A DNA stretch of 64,000 nucleotides. Origin: Lepidodermella squamata. Its lineage: Eukaryota > Animalia > Gastrotricha. A program made the position numbers and the translations under genes. The stretch covers positions 124,001 to 188,000 of the forward strand of contig JBLDXI010000048.1 in assembly GCA_047495785.1 (NCBI GenBank), in the 5' to 3' direction. The stretch's first letter is position 1. The number at the start of each line of letters is the position of its first letter. Below, piece after piece: positions 9,836 through 22,369 of this stretch. The notes below the pieces were generated by a model. That model had not been told where the DNA came from. It saw nothing but the letters and a program-made list of their open reading frames with translations, and did not search any database.

Positions 9836-11470
9836 TCACGAATTCCATTTCGAATCCGCCGACATTTCACCGCCATCTGAATTGTCTTCATCCGAAGACG
9901 ACGAAGCCGAATCGCCGCCTGTTAGCGCCCGTCTCCTCGCCTCAATCGCCCGCTCCAGCATCGCGTGGATATCCGGCAACGCGCCGGGTTTACCCCCGGC
10001 ATTGCCCGGGCCTGATTGACCGGGTTTATTCGCGTTATTTGCACCGAAAAGGCGCGATGAAGATGTGGAGTTGGTCGAATTCGACGGCTGGTTGCCGTTC
10101 GAGCCGGAATCTGAGCCTTGCCTAGCGACTGGTTTCAACTTTGTGCCCTTTCGAATCGCCTCGAGTAAATTGTCGCGGTTATTCGATGTCGCCTGGGCTT
10201 TTTGGGCCTGTTCCATTTTCCCAGATGACGCGGCTGGTTTATCGGTTTTCGCACCAGGTGGGCCGGGTGGTGGTGGCGGCGGCGGAGGGGGAGGAGGTGG
10301 CGGTGCACCTCCCGAAGGCGGAGGAGGCGGTGGTGGGGGCGGTGGAGGTGCTGGTTGGAGATTTCCGCTCGAAACCGGTTGCTTTTTCAGAGTTTGAAGT
10401 TGCGGTAACGGAGGAGGAGGTGGTACAGCAGCTGCTGCTGAATTTTGCGGCGGAGGAGGTGGCGGCGGCGGGGGTGGGGGAGGCGCCGGTACATTCAGCC
10501 TCGACTGGCTATAAATCTGAGAATGAGCCTGCTGAGGCGGAGACATGGGCGGCGGTGGCGGGAACTCCTCGTCGATACACATATTCGGAGGTGGAGGCGG
10601 TAACATCGATTCATGTAAATTCGTAGTCGTGTTACTCGCATTGAAGTCGGCCTGGTCATTTCCGTACATATACGACGTATTTGTACCCATCGCTTGTGAC
10701 CTAGAGCCGTAATTCGACTCTGAGGCTACACTCATGTTTTCGAACTGTTGATACAACGAGTTGTTATCGTCCTGACTCGAAGCTGCGTAGTTATTCTGAG
10801 GCACGAATTCGCGACCTCGAGCCATAATTTGATTTGTTTCTTTCATCTGAGCGCGAGGTTTCACAACCTTATCGCGATGCATAGTTCCGATATGTTGTTG
10901 CTGCTGTTTAGCTAAATGCTTGCCATTTGCAATAGTTGGCTGTTGAAATTCACGCTCCAAGTTCTTCTTCCATAGCTCGAAGAAGAAATCCGGGTCGCTG
11001 TATGATTTTAAACAAGACTTCGCCCCGGGATCTTGGAATTTGTCGAACGCGTCAAGGGGCGGCGGTCTTGCGCATTGGTTGTATAAATCGAGAAGAGCTG
11101 GTGGGGTAGTGTGCTTCGTGAAGAAGTGTTGCTCTGTAGAGTGATGCAGATGAAACGGCATTCGCATCATCCACTTATCCGGCGTTTGCGTCTCTTCAAA
11201 ATCAGCACCATTGGATTGCTCTACCCGCTCTTTTAACACGTCGATCCTCTGCTGCAGGTTAGCAGTGCGTTTGCAGATGGCAGCAGCATCGGCAAGCAGC
11301 TCGGCAAAAATGTCTTCCACATGTTGAGACAGCAAACTCAACTGTTCGATTAGCTGACAAATTGACTCATGACTGAGAGCAATCAACGGATATTGTTCGT
11401 TAGCACCGTCGTCAAATCCATCCAATTGATTAGTGCCCCGCGGTTGAACGGAGCGTTTCAAGAAAGGCAT
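9836..11470 (-). CDS. SCAR: SCAR/WAVE actin nucleation-promoting factor (intronless CDS, 544 aa)
   Basis: WHD (MPFLKRSVQP, PPPLDAFD, YSDPDFFFELW), poly-proline, WH2 (RDNLLEAIRKGTKLKPV), central helix and acidic tail with Trp. Confidence 0.95.
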   Translation of the reverse strand: MPFLKRSVQPRGTNQLDGFDDGANEQYPLIALSHESICQLIEQLSLLSQHVEDIFAELLADAAAICKRTANLQQRIDVLKERVEQSNGADFEETQTPDKWMMRMPFHLHHSTEQHFFTKHTTPPALLDLYNQCARPPPLDAFDKFQDPGAKSCLKSYSDPDFFFELWKKNLEREFQQPTIANGKHLAKQQQQHIGTMHRDKVVKPRAQMKETNQIMARGREFVPQNNYAASSQDDNNSLYQQFENMSVASESNYGSRSQAMGTNTSYMYGNDQADFNASNTTTNLHESMLPPPPPNMCIDEEFPPPPPMSPPQQAHSQIYSQSRLNVPAPPPPPPPPPPPPQNSAAAAVPPPPPLPQLQTLKKQPVSSGNLQPAPPPPPPPPPPPSGGAPPPPPPPPPPPPPGPPGAKTDKPAASSGKMEQAQKAQATSNNRDNLLEAIRKGTKLKPVARQGSDSGSNGNQPSNSTNSTSSSRLFGANNANKPGQSGPGNAGGKPGALPDIHAMLERAIEARRRALTGGDSASSSSDEDNSDGGEMSADSKWNS

Positions 11471-12709
11471 GCAGCCACACTGAGTAACAAACTCTCAATA
11501 AGGCAACGTTTCTAAATAATCCTAAAAAATCAATGAAATGTAAAGCTTATTGAGAACTGATAACTAGAGGCGAGAACTTCAGTCAGCAGCCAGCAGCACA
11601 CAGCTTGAATACTTGATTTGTAATTTACGTATAACCTACACCTGACAATTCAGCGGATCAAATGACATGTATCGTCTGCGGGATTTCGACAACTAGCGGG
11701 AAGCGGGAAGCGGGACGGGGCATAATCCACGATCAACGAGCAACGTAAGATTTTCGGCAACAAGGCAACAGACCGTAGATGTTGCAAGATGAGACCGAGG
11801 TGCAAACAGCAGCCACATAGATGGTGGGTTCGTGGTTCACAGTTCACAAAGTTTACCGCCAACTTCTTGCTTGGGCCGCTTTTGTGGTCATCGCCGAGAA
11901 CTGAAACATTGGCCGAGAGCCTTGGAAAGTGGGACTCGTTCTCGCTAGAAAGATTTTTCGAGCGCAAATATTTTAAAAAAATTCGAACAATTTTCAAAAG
12001 GTTTCCACAGATGTTGCAGTCAAATATCATTTACAGTTATTGCCATGAATTTAATTCATAATTGAAAAGATAATTTTTGATGAATCATTTTTTGCGGGCT
12101 CTTGGTTGGTCCGTTGCTTGGTCGGCCGTACATACGAAGGTTTGCCTGTGCTTCTCGCTCGTTCTCTGCATGTGTTTTTCCTGCTTCATGCTAGCTGCTG
12201 CTGCCTGACATTTCATTACTAACGCCTCCGCTTAAATAGCGCTAGCTTGAGAGTTTTCGTCATTTCGACGCAATAAACGGGACTTTTCATATCTGTTATT
12301 TTGCTAACGACCCTTGCCCTAAACCACGTTGATAGATAACCAATCTTCACAATTTACATAGATTTCACACGCCCTGTCTACGTAAACTACAGTTTTCAAT
12401 AGCGTGGCGCTTATTTGTTTTTGATATAATTCATTGCTGCTAATTAAGGTCGGTCAAACTCTCCGATCGCGTGCTCTTCAGGTGCTCTTAAATTCATGTT
12501 ATCACGTTGCTTTCTGAGGTCAAAGTCGTGTCATTTCTATTTAAATGCCCAAGTTCGACTGTATTCAGCAGTTGATACATCTTTTATCAATTCATCACAT
12601 TTTTAATAGTTCATTTAATCATTTTCTCCATTGATTATAGGGTCACCTCTTTTTTCTTTGTTAATTAAAAACTAGCAAGTGCGTACTGGTCTCCAACGCC
12701 AACACCTGT

Positions 12710-14954
12710 ATGCTAGCTGTTACTCACAACAATGCCTCCCTGGAATCCTTTCACGTTCGCCGCATTGGCTATGATATTAGTAATCTAGCCATCGCGAGCG
12801 TTGGATTAGCGGTTCTCGATCGCCTCGAGAAGTTTACGCCGCCAAAGTCGAAATCGGCTGAGCTGGAGGATGAATGTTTTCATCTGACTTGCTTCGACGA
12901 CGATGATTACAATGGTGAAAACTTCCCGAATCCGAGAATTGCATCAACATCTCATGCGTTAACTCTGGACCATGTTTTGGAACGCGAAATCGAAAATGGC
13001 GACGGCGAGGAGCCATTTTTCGTCGGGGATCTAGGCATTGTTGTGAAACAGTTCGACAAATGGAAGTCGCTTCTACCGCGTATCGAACCATTTTACGCAA
13101 TCAAGTGCAATACCGACAAGGTACTGCTGAACACCCTGGAGAAGCTAGGCACGGGCTTCGACTGCGCATCGAAGGCTGAGATCCAGACTATGCTGGACAT
13201 GGGCGTTGAACCATCGCGTATTATCTACGCGAACCCGTGCAAGCCCGCTTCGCACATTCGCTACGCCCGCGAGAAGGGCGTTCGCATGATGACGTTCGAC
13301 AACTTGACCGAGCTGGTCAAGATCAAGCAGGACTACCCTGAGGCTGAGCTTGTCCTGCGCATCGTCACCGATGATTCCAAGTCTGTCTGCCGGTTCAGTG
13401 TTAAATTCGGCGCTGCTCTGTCTTCCGTCGAGCCGTTGCTCGCGGCAGCGCTTGCAATGCAGCTCAAGGTAATCGGCGTCAGTTTCCACGTAGGCTCCGG
13501 TTGCTACGACGCTGCGCAGTACAACGACGCCCTGAAATCGGCGCGTTTCGTTTTTGACACGGCCGCTAAGTTGGGATACGACCAATCGTTCCACTTTCTA
13601 GACATTGGCGGAGGTTTCCCGGGTAGCGAGGACGGTCAGGTCACCTTTGAACAAATCGCTCGCGTCTGCAACGCTTCGTTGGATGAGTTTTTCCCGGCTG
13701 CTGAGTTCCCGCATGTTCGTGTTATTGCCGAGCCGGGCCGTTATTTTGCTTCGGCTGCTTTCGCGCTGGCGGTTTGCATCACGTCGTGCCGTGTTATGGC
13801 CGAGAAGAATGATGAAACAAACTCGCTGTCAAAGAAATTCATGTATTACGTGAACGGTGAGTACTTACGCTATCATTAATGTTCATCTCAAAATATTTAA
13901 AAAAAATTCATTTTTCCCCTCCGATAAATTGTCTCTTCATTTTGGGGCTATCATTATTCGTTTAATTGTTATCTCGACATTCGGTCGTGTTTTCGTGACA
14001 ATGACTCACTCGGTTGGGGAGAAAAAAAGCGAGCAGCTGTTTGTAGCGAGGTTGAGTGGCTTATTTACATAGCGTGTAGATTATATTATCATGAAAAACA
14101 GCCTGCTAATCGCATGCGAAATTCTGAAAGGTGGAAAGTACACCAGGCGCTTGTGAATCATCAATTTCTGGCTTACTTCCAAAGTTTTTTTACCTGTCGA
14201 CAAAAGCTTCTATTTGATCAAGAAAACTGTTTAGGTAAATAACCAAAAATAAATCTCCTTGCATCTGGGGGCTCAGCGGGTAAATTTTACATCTCACAGT
14301 AGATCGAGGGCGTTATTTGATTATTTATAAGGTTTCAGGGGTTTGCTTCAATATTTGCTTACCGGGGTCACCATATTTCTGACCTTTTTGTTAAAACACG
14401 TTCATTTGGACTGACGAGAACAAAAAAGCTTGTTGAACTTGAAAACTCGAGACCGGAATTAAAAATAAGGTGATGAATGTGATTTTATTTATAATATATT
14501 CAGCGCAAAATGACCTGAAATAAGTTTCTGATTTCCCTATAAAAAGCGAACCATTTTCTGATTTAATTTATTGTTCTGAAATTTGCTGAAATTTTAATGT
14601 TGATTATAAATTGCAGATGGCGTCTACGGTTCGTTCAACTGTGTGCTATTCGACCACGCTGTCGTGCGCCCGGAAGTGTTCACGCAACACGGCCGTTTCC
14701 TGAGCCGCCTCGGCGAGAACGCGATGCAGGAGGTGCACGCGTGCTCCGTTTGGGGCCCGACGTGCGACTCGATGGACTGCATCCTGAAGGAGCTCGAACT
14801 GCCGGAGCTCGACGTCGGCGACTGGCTCGTCTTCCGCCAGATGGGCGCGTACACGATGGCGGCCGCCAGCACCTTCAACGGCTTCCCGCGCTCCAAAGTC
14901 GTCTACCTGAACCAGGAAGCTTGGCGCCAGTCTGCGACCTGCATTTCTGCCTAG
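12710..14954 (+). CDS. ODC1: Ornithine decarboxylase (exons 12710-13856, 14617-14954) with N-terminal extension
   Basis: PFYAIKCN (PLP lysine), GFDCAS, SFHVGSG, DIGGGF, EPGRY, VNDGVYGSFNC across the splice, WGPTCDS (catalytic Cys), MGAYT. Confidence 0.93.
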
Positions 14955-15194
14955 AAAATTATCGTCACCAAGCCGCGCATTTAGGCCCAGTATTAGAGGC
15001 AAAAAAATAAAGACAAACATTCGTTTTTAGGCTATAATTTCATGATTTATTGGGCTTATTTGTCTCGTAATAATAATAATAATAATTAATCGTTAATTAA
15101 TTCACCCTAATAATTAAATAGAGCGGCTTAATAAAATCGGAATAAAACTTGTTGTTATTGTGTGTGATTATTTTTAAGATATTTAATACTTGTA

Positions 15195-18100
15195 ATGAGT
15201 GACGTTCAGGAATTTGACGATGCCGAGTTCCAGCTCGACCCCGACTGCGAGTTGCGCTTCGAAGTCGCCGCAGCCCTGCCGCCCGGTTCGGTGATCGCCT
15301 CGTCGAAAGCGAAGAGTAAAAGCGAGGCGGGAGGCGGTGGCGGAGATTCTTCGCAGCAGGGCGGGTCATCAGCTGCGATCCCGCTAGCTGGGCTTGAGCT
15401 CGAGTTGATGCGCGGCAACGCGGAGCTGTTCGGCACCGAGCTGGCGAAGAACGTCACGTACACGTTTGCGGCCGAGTCGAAACTGGCGATTTTCACGTGG
15501 CACGGCGCGACGGTGCGCCTGCGCGGCCGCTGCGAGGTGTGCTACGTCGCCCGCGAGACGCCCATGGTCACGTACTTGAACACGCACGCGGCGCTCGACC
15601 AGCTGCGACGCCGCGCCGCCGAAGAGTGGGCCCTTCAAGAGGTGAGATTCAGCGTTGTGTCACTATTTAAATTTTCGGGAAAAAATTGAGGAAATATTAG
15701 CGTTTACGGAAAAACCTGAAATGTTCGAATGTTCGTAACTAACAGGTTTGAAAAAGTGTAAAAAATGTATTAAAATCAAGAATATAAGCTTTCGTTGGAA
15801 ATGAAAAAAATGAGGAAAAATTCAGATAATTACTGAATCAGTTACCATAGGGTTTTTTCCATCTCGCTGCTAGTTTCATATATCATCATTTCCTCCCTTG
15901 TGCTCGATTTTTGAGCTTAAGTAGGCTTGAGTTTCATTAAAGCCTCGTTTGCGGTTAGATATTCTACGCCACACGCCTACCCAGTTTTTCTTGAAGGGCT
16001 TAAATAAGGGAGCCATTTTGGGATACTTCGCATGTGAGCTGCTATGTTTAATCGATTGACGAAATGCCTCAGACCAGGCGACCCCTTTTGTTGCTCGAAA
16101 GCTCAGTTAGTTATGCTTCACGGGTGCAGCTAGTTCTTTGATTTTGCGAGACGAATCGAAGTCATCGTATTCGAGTTTGGTTTGTACCGCATCAACTCTG
16201 AATCCTCCTTCATCGCTGATAAATTGAGCTATGGTGATTTAGGGGCTTCGCAAGAAGTCGCAGGATTTTTCCGTCTTAGTTTTGTTGCCATGCTCATCAT
16301 CGCGTTGAGCATTGAGCGGATTTCGGCAGATGTCCATGACCGGATTTTCACGGTCTATTCATCTTGCTTCGTTGGCCGAAGCTTGCATCGAGGCTTGCAA
16401 TTCCCACGAACTTATTCGATTCTGGAGAACATTACGAGGCAAGGCGCCGAGTATGGAACCCTTGAATGCTTTATAATAAATCGATGGCATCAGACTTGCG
16501 TAGGGATACATCAACGACGCCGAAGGAGCACCATCTGGTGCATAGTGTAGTGAGACTTCTTAGATGAGAATTGCGCCAATTTTCGTTCTAAAATTCGAAA
16601 GTAGAATGTCAGCATGTTTTATTTGCTTGTTTGTTCGAGAGTTGCAGAACTTAATCATATCAGATATGGCTGGTCTGGGTAGACATCATCCGGCAGAACT
16701 GATCCTTCAACCCAAGCAGGATTCTCATGATCGGACTGACGTTTTAGGTCGGATTTTCTCAATAGACAAAAACCAAAGAAATGCTGAACCCTTCTGGTAA
16801 ATTTGAACCTGAAATGGTCTTACAATCAGAGAATTCCTCTTACCTATTGCTTTATCCTATTCATTTGAGTCTAGCATTTACATTCTTATCGATTAAATTT
16901 ATTCGATATATATATTTTGTTGAATTAATGTAAACTTCTGCGGGAAATCGAGTAATTTTTTACAATATTTTTTCCAGGCTGAGACGGCTAAAAAAGCGAA
17001 AGAGGCGAAGCCGCCGACTGGCGATGGCGCTGAGCCGGAAGAAGAAGAGCCAAAGCCGGATATTCGCGGCCCGCGCGTGTTCGTCGCTGGCCCGGCTGAC
17101 GTTGGCAAAGCCTCGCTGTGCCGCATCCTCGTCAACTACGCCGTTCGGTCGGGCTGGTCGCCGATTTTCGTCGATCTCGACCCGAGTGACAGCCAAATCT
17201 CAATGCCGTGCACAATTGGCGCAGTCATCGCCGATCGACAGGTAAAAAAGGAGGATAAAACCTACCTGGATGCCTTCACGTCGAATATTTGGCGACCTTG
17301 AAAATTGATTGAAAATTTAATTTTTCTAATTTCTGAGATGTTTCAGAATTTGGTAAAAATCCAAAAATAATGCAATAAATTTTCAAATTTATTTTTAATT
17401 AAGAATTATTCTTCAACCGCCAGCAAACTCCCTCTTTTTGCAGCGAATTTTTATTAGTGAATTCCGTCTACTTAGATTGGCGTGGAAGAGTCTTACGGCG
17501 AAATGGCGCCGCTGATGTACAATTTCGGGCACCACTCGCCGAGCGCCAACACGCAGCTGTACAATCTGCTGATCGCGAATTTAGCCGAAGCCGTGAGTCT
17601 GCGCACGAAGTCGGCGAAAAACGCGGCTGTCTCTGGCGTGATCGTGCGCGCGTCGAACTGGGTGCGAGCCGACGGCTACCAGTGCCTGGTCCACGCGGCG
17701 ACGTCCTTCGACGCCGACGTCGTACTAGTCCTCGACCAAGAGCGGTTGTGTTCGCAGCTGAAGCGCGAATTGCCGTCGCATGTCAAGGTGGTGCTGCTGC
17801 CTAAATCGGGCGGCGTTGTTTCGCGGTCGAAAGAACAGCGAATTGCGACGCGAGATGTGCGGATCAAGCAGTATTTCTATGGCGATCGAACGCCACGCTC
17901 GCTAACAGCCTGCCATTTGTTCCCTCAGGTTTGCTATTTTTTTCGATATTTTTCTCATTAAAATCGATAATGTTTTTGGTCACTCAATTTGCGTCGTGAA
18001 AATGAACCATGGTCCGTGTCCGTAGCTATTCAAGCGTGTAGCGCCACTGACTTGTTTGATCAATATAATTGATAAATTTCCTGATAAGTTCTAAAAATTC

Positions 18101-18793
18101 TGTTTTCCTCATGTTAACGGTCAATCACGTTGTATAAATCACGCGGTAGATCGCTCATCAACACTGGATTGATCGCAAGGAGAAGTCCGTCTTCGACCGT
18201 GAAAGTCCTGACTAGTTTGCGAAATTTTAGCCTTCCTGTTGTCCCTAATTCGAGGCGACGAATGATTTTAGACCTCAAATCGCGTGAATCAGCAGTTCAG
18301 CGTTAAGATAGAGGTTCAAAGGGGAAGTCGAAATTTCATGCATAAGTACAGCTATGAGACTAAGAGGGATGGGTTTTCGAACACAGATCTTCCCAAAATT
18401 TCCAGTCAATTTCTTTCCTAACTTGTAGATTTTTCAATTTTCTAGGTATTCGACGTGCGGTTCAGCGACGTGACGGTGTTCAAAATCGGCTTCGAAGCGC
18501 CGGTGCCTGACTCGTGCCTGCCCATCGGCCTGCGCGTCGAAGACCGCTCGACCAGCCTCGTGCCAGTCGCCCCGTCCTCAACCACCCTCCTCCACCGCCT
18601 TCTCGCGGTTTCTCAGGCCACGGAAGAGGACGAAGTCGTCGCATCGCCGCTACTCGGCTTTTGCGTGGCAACCGCAGTCGATGACACTCGAAAAATGATG
18701 ACCGTCTTAGCGCCATCCGCCCGCCCACTGCCCAACCACCCGAGTACGATTTTACTGCTCACGGAACACGCTTTCATCGAACGCGGATTTTGA
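15195..18793 (+). CDS. CLP1: Polyribonucleotide 5'-OH kinase CLP1 (exons about 15195-15641, 16978-17241, 17478-17928, 18446-18793)
   Basis: ELRFEV, AELFGTEL, AIFTWHG, Walker A GPADVGKAS, VDLDP, LPKSGGVV, YFYG, PDSCLPIG. Confidence 0.93.
16200..16760 (-). mobile_element. Degenerate LINE reverse-transcriptase fragment in CLP1 intron 1
   Basis: Reverse strand has a frameshifted (Q)GSILGAL motif resembling the RT PQGSxLGP box; otherwise decayed. Confidence 0.4.
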
Positions 18794-19193
18794 GTGATTT
18801 CGAACTAAAGTCATCTCTTCGTTTATCCTCGATTTGGTTTTTTATAATATACAATTTTTTGAAAATAAAAATTCGATGCTTTGAAAATCCTCGAATTCGT
18901 ATAACTTCGACCTCCAAATCTCCATTTATTCAATGATAGAAAATTCAAAAACTCTCAGGCAATTATGATGGAATTACCAATAGCAGTTTGATTGAGAAAA
19001 TAAGGGATTGAGAAAAATTCGAATTTGGCCCGATTTTCAGAGAATTATCGGCTGGACTATTCAAAAAAGGGAAATAAACTGATCAATAGCTAATTAAACA
19101 CTATTTTTGCAGGTTATTGTACATTACCTATTGGTCATTCAATTTATTTTAAAAAAATTCAAATTATTTTTAGATGATTTAGTGTTGAAAATA

Positions 19194-20260
19194 ATGAGTT
19201 TGCTGTTGCTAGTGGCCGTTTTGGCCGCAGTGACGCGAGCCGAGCAATGGCTTCCGCACGACCTGGCCTACATGGAGAGCGGCCTCAACATCATGTTCCC
19301 AACGAAGGAACCGCCTGACTTCGACTTCGAAAACCTATCAGCCATGATCGACGCGGCGAGTTACAACCCGAATTCGGCCCTCGTTCGCTGCGAATTTCTA
19401 CCCGATGAATTCGTCACCTGCGGCTTTGATTCGCCGGCTAACAATGCCCAGCAAGGTCAAGCCAACAACGCATCTTCAACTACTACAGCTTCAGGTAATT
19501 ACAAATTCAATTCAGAATGTTTTGCAGTTGGACTAAATTTCACCGCAAACTATGAGTCATTTGAATTTTGGTCTTCAATCATATTTTGTCATGTTTTTAA
19601 AGTCATAAGAAGGTAAAGGAAATCGTAATTTAATTTCCTTATAATTTATTTTTATTTTCGAAAATTCCGAAAAATTTTGCTAAATTTGTAGCTGAATTTG
19701 AGCTGAGAAATTAAATCAGAAATTTGAAAAAAATCGTTGCAGAAACTTGTTCAATTTTTTAAATTTGTGATTTTTTAATTATTCGAAAAATTTTGAATTT
19801 CGGCGGTTTAGGAAAATCAAGTTACTTCGATTTGATGCAGCGTAAAATTCATTTTTACTGATGAAATTTAGGACCGCTATTCCTAGCCGGCTCGGACGAT
19901 TACATCGCGAGTTGTCAGCAGTGGAATGCCAACAACATCGGCGCCTTGCTGCCCCTGCACCTCGCCCCCACGTGCACCGTGCTCGACGGCGTCATGTGCT
20001 ACGGCGAGCGGCGGTTCCAGCGCACAGATGCGCCGTGCGACCAACGCCCCGGCGAGCACTACTTCCTCACCGTCCTGCTCTACTCGGTGTTTCTCGGCTT
20101 TTTCGGGGTCGACCGGTTCGCGCTGGGCCACACCGAAACCGGGGTCGGCAAACTACTGACACTGGGCGGATTCGGCATCTGGTGGCTGGTCGACATCATC
20201 CTGCTAGCGGCTGGGCAGCTGGTGCCGCGTGACGGTTCCGGCTGGGCGACTTACTACTAG
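19194..20260 (+). CDS. TM2D2: TM2 domain protein, TM2D2-like (exons 19194-19494, 19872-20260)
   Basis: Signal peptide, [35 protein letters not shown]2 domain ([17 protein letters not shown]...[20 protein letters not shown]). Confidence 0.88.
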
Positions 20261-21799
20261 GTTGAATCTTGCGTTTTTTGTTTATTCTATCATCTTGTTT
20301 TTCAATGTTCTTTCATACCGCATACAAATCTTGTCAAAGAATAAAATCGAAATCGAAATCGAAAGTCGCTTCTTCGACAAAGTGAAATTTTTGAATGTTT
20401 TCTGCGCCACTAAGATGGATTTATATCCCAAATTTAAGCCAAAAAGAGCGCTGTATTACTATTATTATTTACCAAACATGTTCAGCCTTGTCAATTTATA
20501 AGAGAAAGAAAAGGTTTAGAATTAGGCAATCACACGCATCCAATATTTGAAAGCAATAGGCTGGTAAATAGTTGCAGATCTTCACGATCTTTTGTAGTCT
20601 TCTGCAAGGAATAATGTTGTTGTAGACTCGTTGACGTTTTTGTTCGGATACTGGTGAGTGAATCTTCACTTGAAACGACTGCTGACTTCGTTAGGCTGGC
20701 TTTTCAGAAAGACCAGTTTTGATTGCCATTCCAAGTCTTTTTGAAGCCAGATCCAAGCCTGTGTCTCCACTCTCATACGCTTTTTACCGCTGAGGCTTTT
20801 TGAGCTTAGCGGATTTTTCTCATTTGTTGAGGCGGCCGAGCTCGGGGCGACTGGAAGCTTTCTTTTAGGAGTAACCGGCGGCGTTTCTTATTTCTCATCC
20901 TCGCCATCTGAAGATTCAACGATACGCTTCTGTTTTTTCGATGGTCCGCCGATGATCGATCCGCGGTTGCTGGCAATGGAGAGCGTGACCTGATCACGAC
21001 CCGATCCGGCACCATAAAAGTTCCTGGGATTGAGCGATTTAATGTGCTCTTCTAAGGTCTTCGATTTAGCAGTGGCTTTGGGGACTGAAGCCAAAGCTAT
21101 CCACATTAATGATCCGCATTCGACAGACTGCTTGAACCCCTCCGCGACCTCCGCGTCGGCCTCAATTCCTGCCTCGAACGGGCATAGCCGAAGTCTGAAG
21201 TGGAATCAGCTAGCAACGCAGTAATACACCCACAGTTGTAGTAGCTGAATCGAAAATTGGCCGACTCCGACCAAGTCCATGAGCGGCTTCGTCAACTGCA
21301 TGAGCTAGATCCAAAGCGCGACGATGACGCGTCTCCGTCCGGAAAGCGTCAATGGCAGCAGTTAGCGTCAAGGCCTTTAGCTTAAGTTGAGAGTTTCTAA
21401 ACTCGGCATAGATACTTGGCTAGTCACGTAGGCTCAGAGCTCAGACGCCACACGACGAACCATCAGTAATTTTACCGACAAATCACACGGTGGCCCCAAG
21501 CAGCCTTCGAGGCAGTACCGCCGCTAGTAAACGTGTCTTGTGTCAAGTGTTTAGCCATAATGGTTTGCAGGTGCATAAGACAATCTGTAAATGCACCCTG
21601 GGGGCAAAATCACCCTCGATGGGATTAATCTCAGGAGGTATTAAAATGGCGGGCATCGTTGGGCCAATAACCTGTGAACGATCAGGGTTAGCAATTTGTT
21701 GCGAGCTGGACATCCTTCGGTGGTATTTGTATAAACAACTGTCTAATGTGGAAAGATATAAATTTATCAGTAATCTTCCAGAGGCAAGTCAATGAGAGA

Positions 21800-21988
21800 T
21801 GATAGCGTTAGCGACGCTCCAAAACAACCACTTTACTATTTTTAGAATTTATGAGGAAAGTACGTTCGATAGATAAAAAAAATCGGTTCTCAAAAGGCCT
21901 AACGTACTTCATCAATACGTTAGGCGACTAGAAGTACGATCGAATGAGTCATTTAAGTGGTTGTTTTGGCGCGTCGTTAACGTTATCA
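21800..21988. mobile_element. MITE-like inverted-repeat element
   Basis: GATAGCGTTAGCGACGCTCCAAAACAACCACTT ... AAGTGGTTGTTTTGGCGCGTCGTTAACGTTATC, about 33-bp terminal inverted repeats. Confidence 0.75.
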
Positions 21989-22369
21989 CATTAGGAAACT
22001 GAATTCAAGCTCTAAACATTCGAAATACTTTGAGTATTTGAGGCCTGATCAAACATATTTCGACTGATGATTTTCTACGAATCCTACATGAATAGTTTCA
22101 GGATCAGCAACTGAAGGCGAAGGCAAATATTTCGTTGAATAATTATAGGTGTGAATGAATAGAATAACGTGGGAATAGAGACCGTAGTGATCATGGAGAT
22201 CGGCAATGGTTGATTCGCACGCGAAGCATATTAATAAGACAATTTGCTATCAAAGAGGACTTGGCGTAATTTTAAGAACGTTGAAATTTATTCCGATTTC
22301 GTGCATTTGTGATACAGTTTTACCTTGAATTCTGTTATTTTATATTTTAGTATTTTTATCAGTATTATA

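Noticed and set aside
10065-10626. Gly-rich plus-strand ORFs
   Set aside because: Antisense shadows of the WAVE poly-proline region.
12710-14954. Possible antizyme inhibitor rather than ODC
   Set aside because: The PLP lysine context (YAIKCN), FDCAS, HVGSG and GPTCD catalytic Cys are all intact.
15195-18793. Functional link between CLP1 (tRNA-splicing kinase) and the tRNA cassette
   Set aside because: They are 12 kb apart with unrelated genes between, and all tRNAs here lack introns; most likely coincidence.
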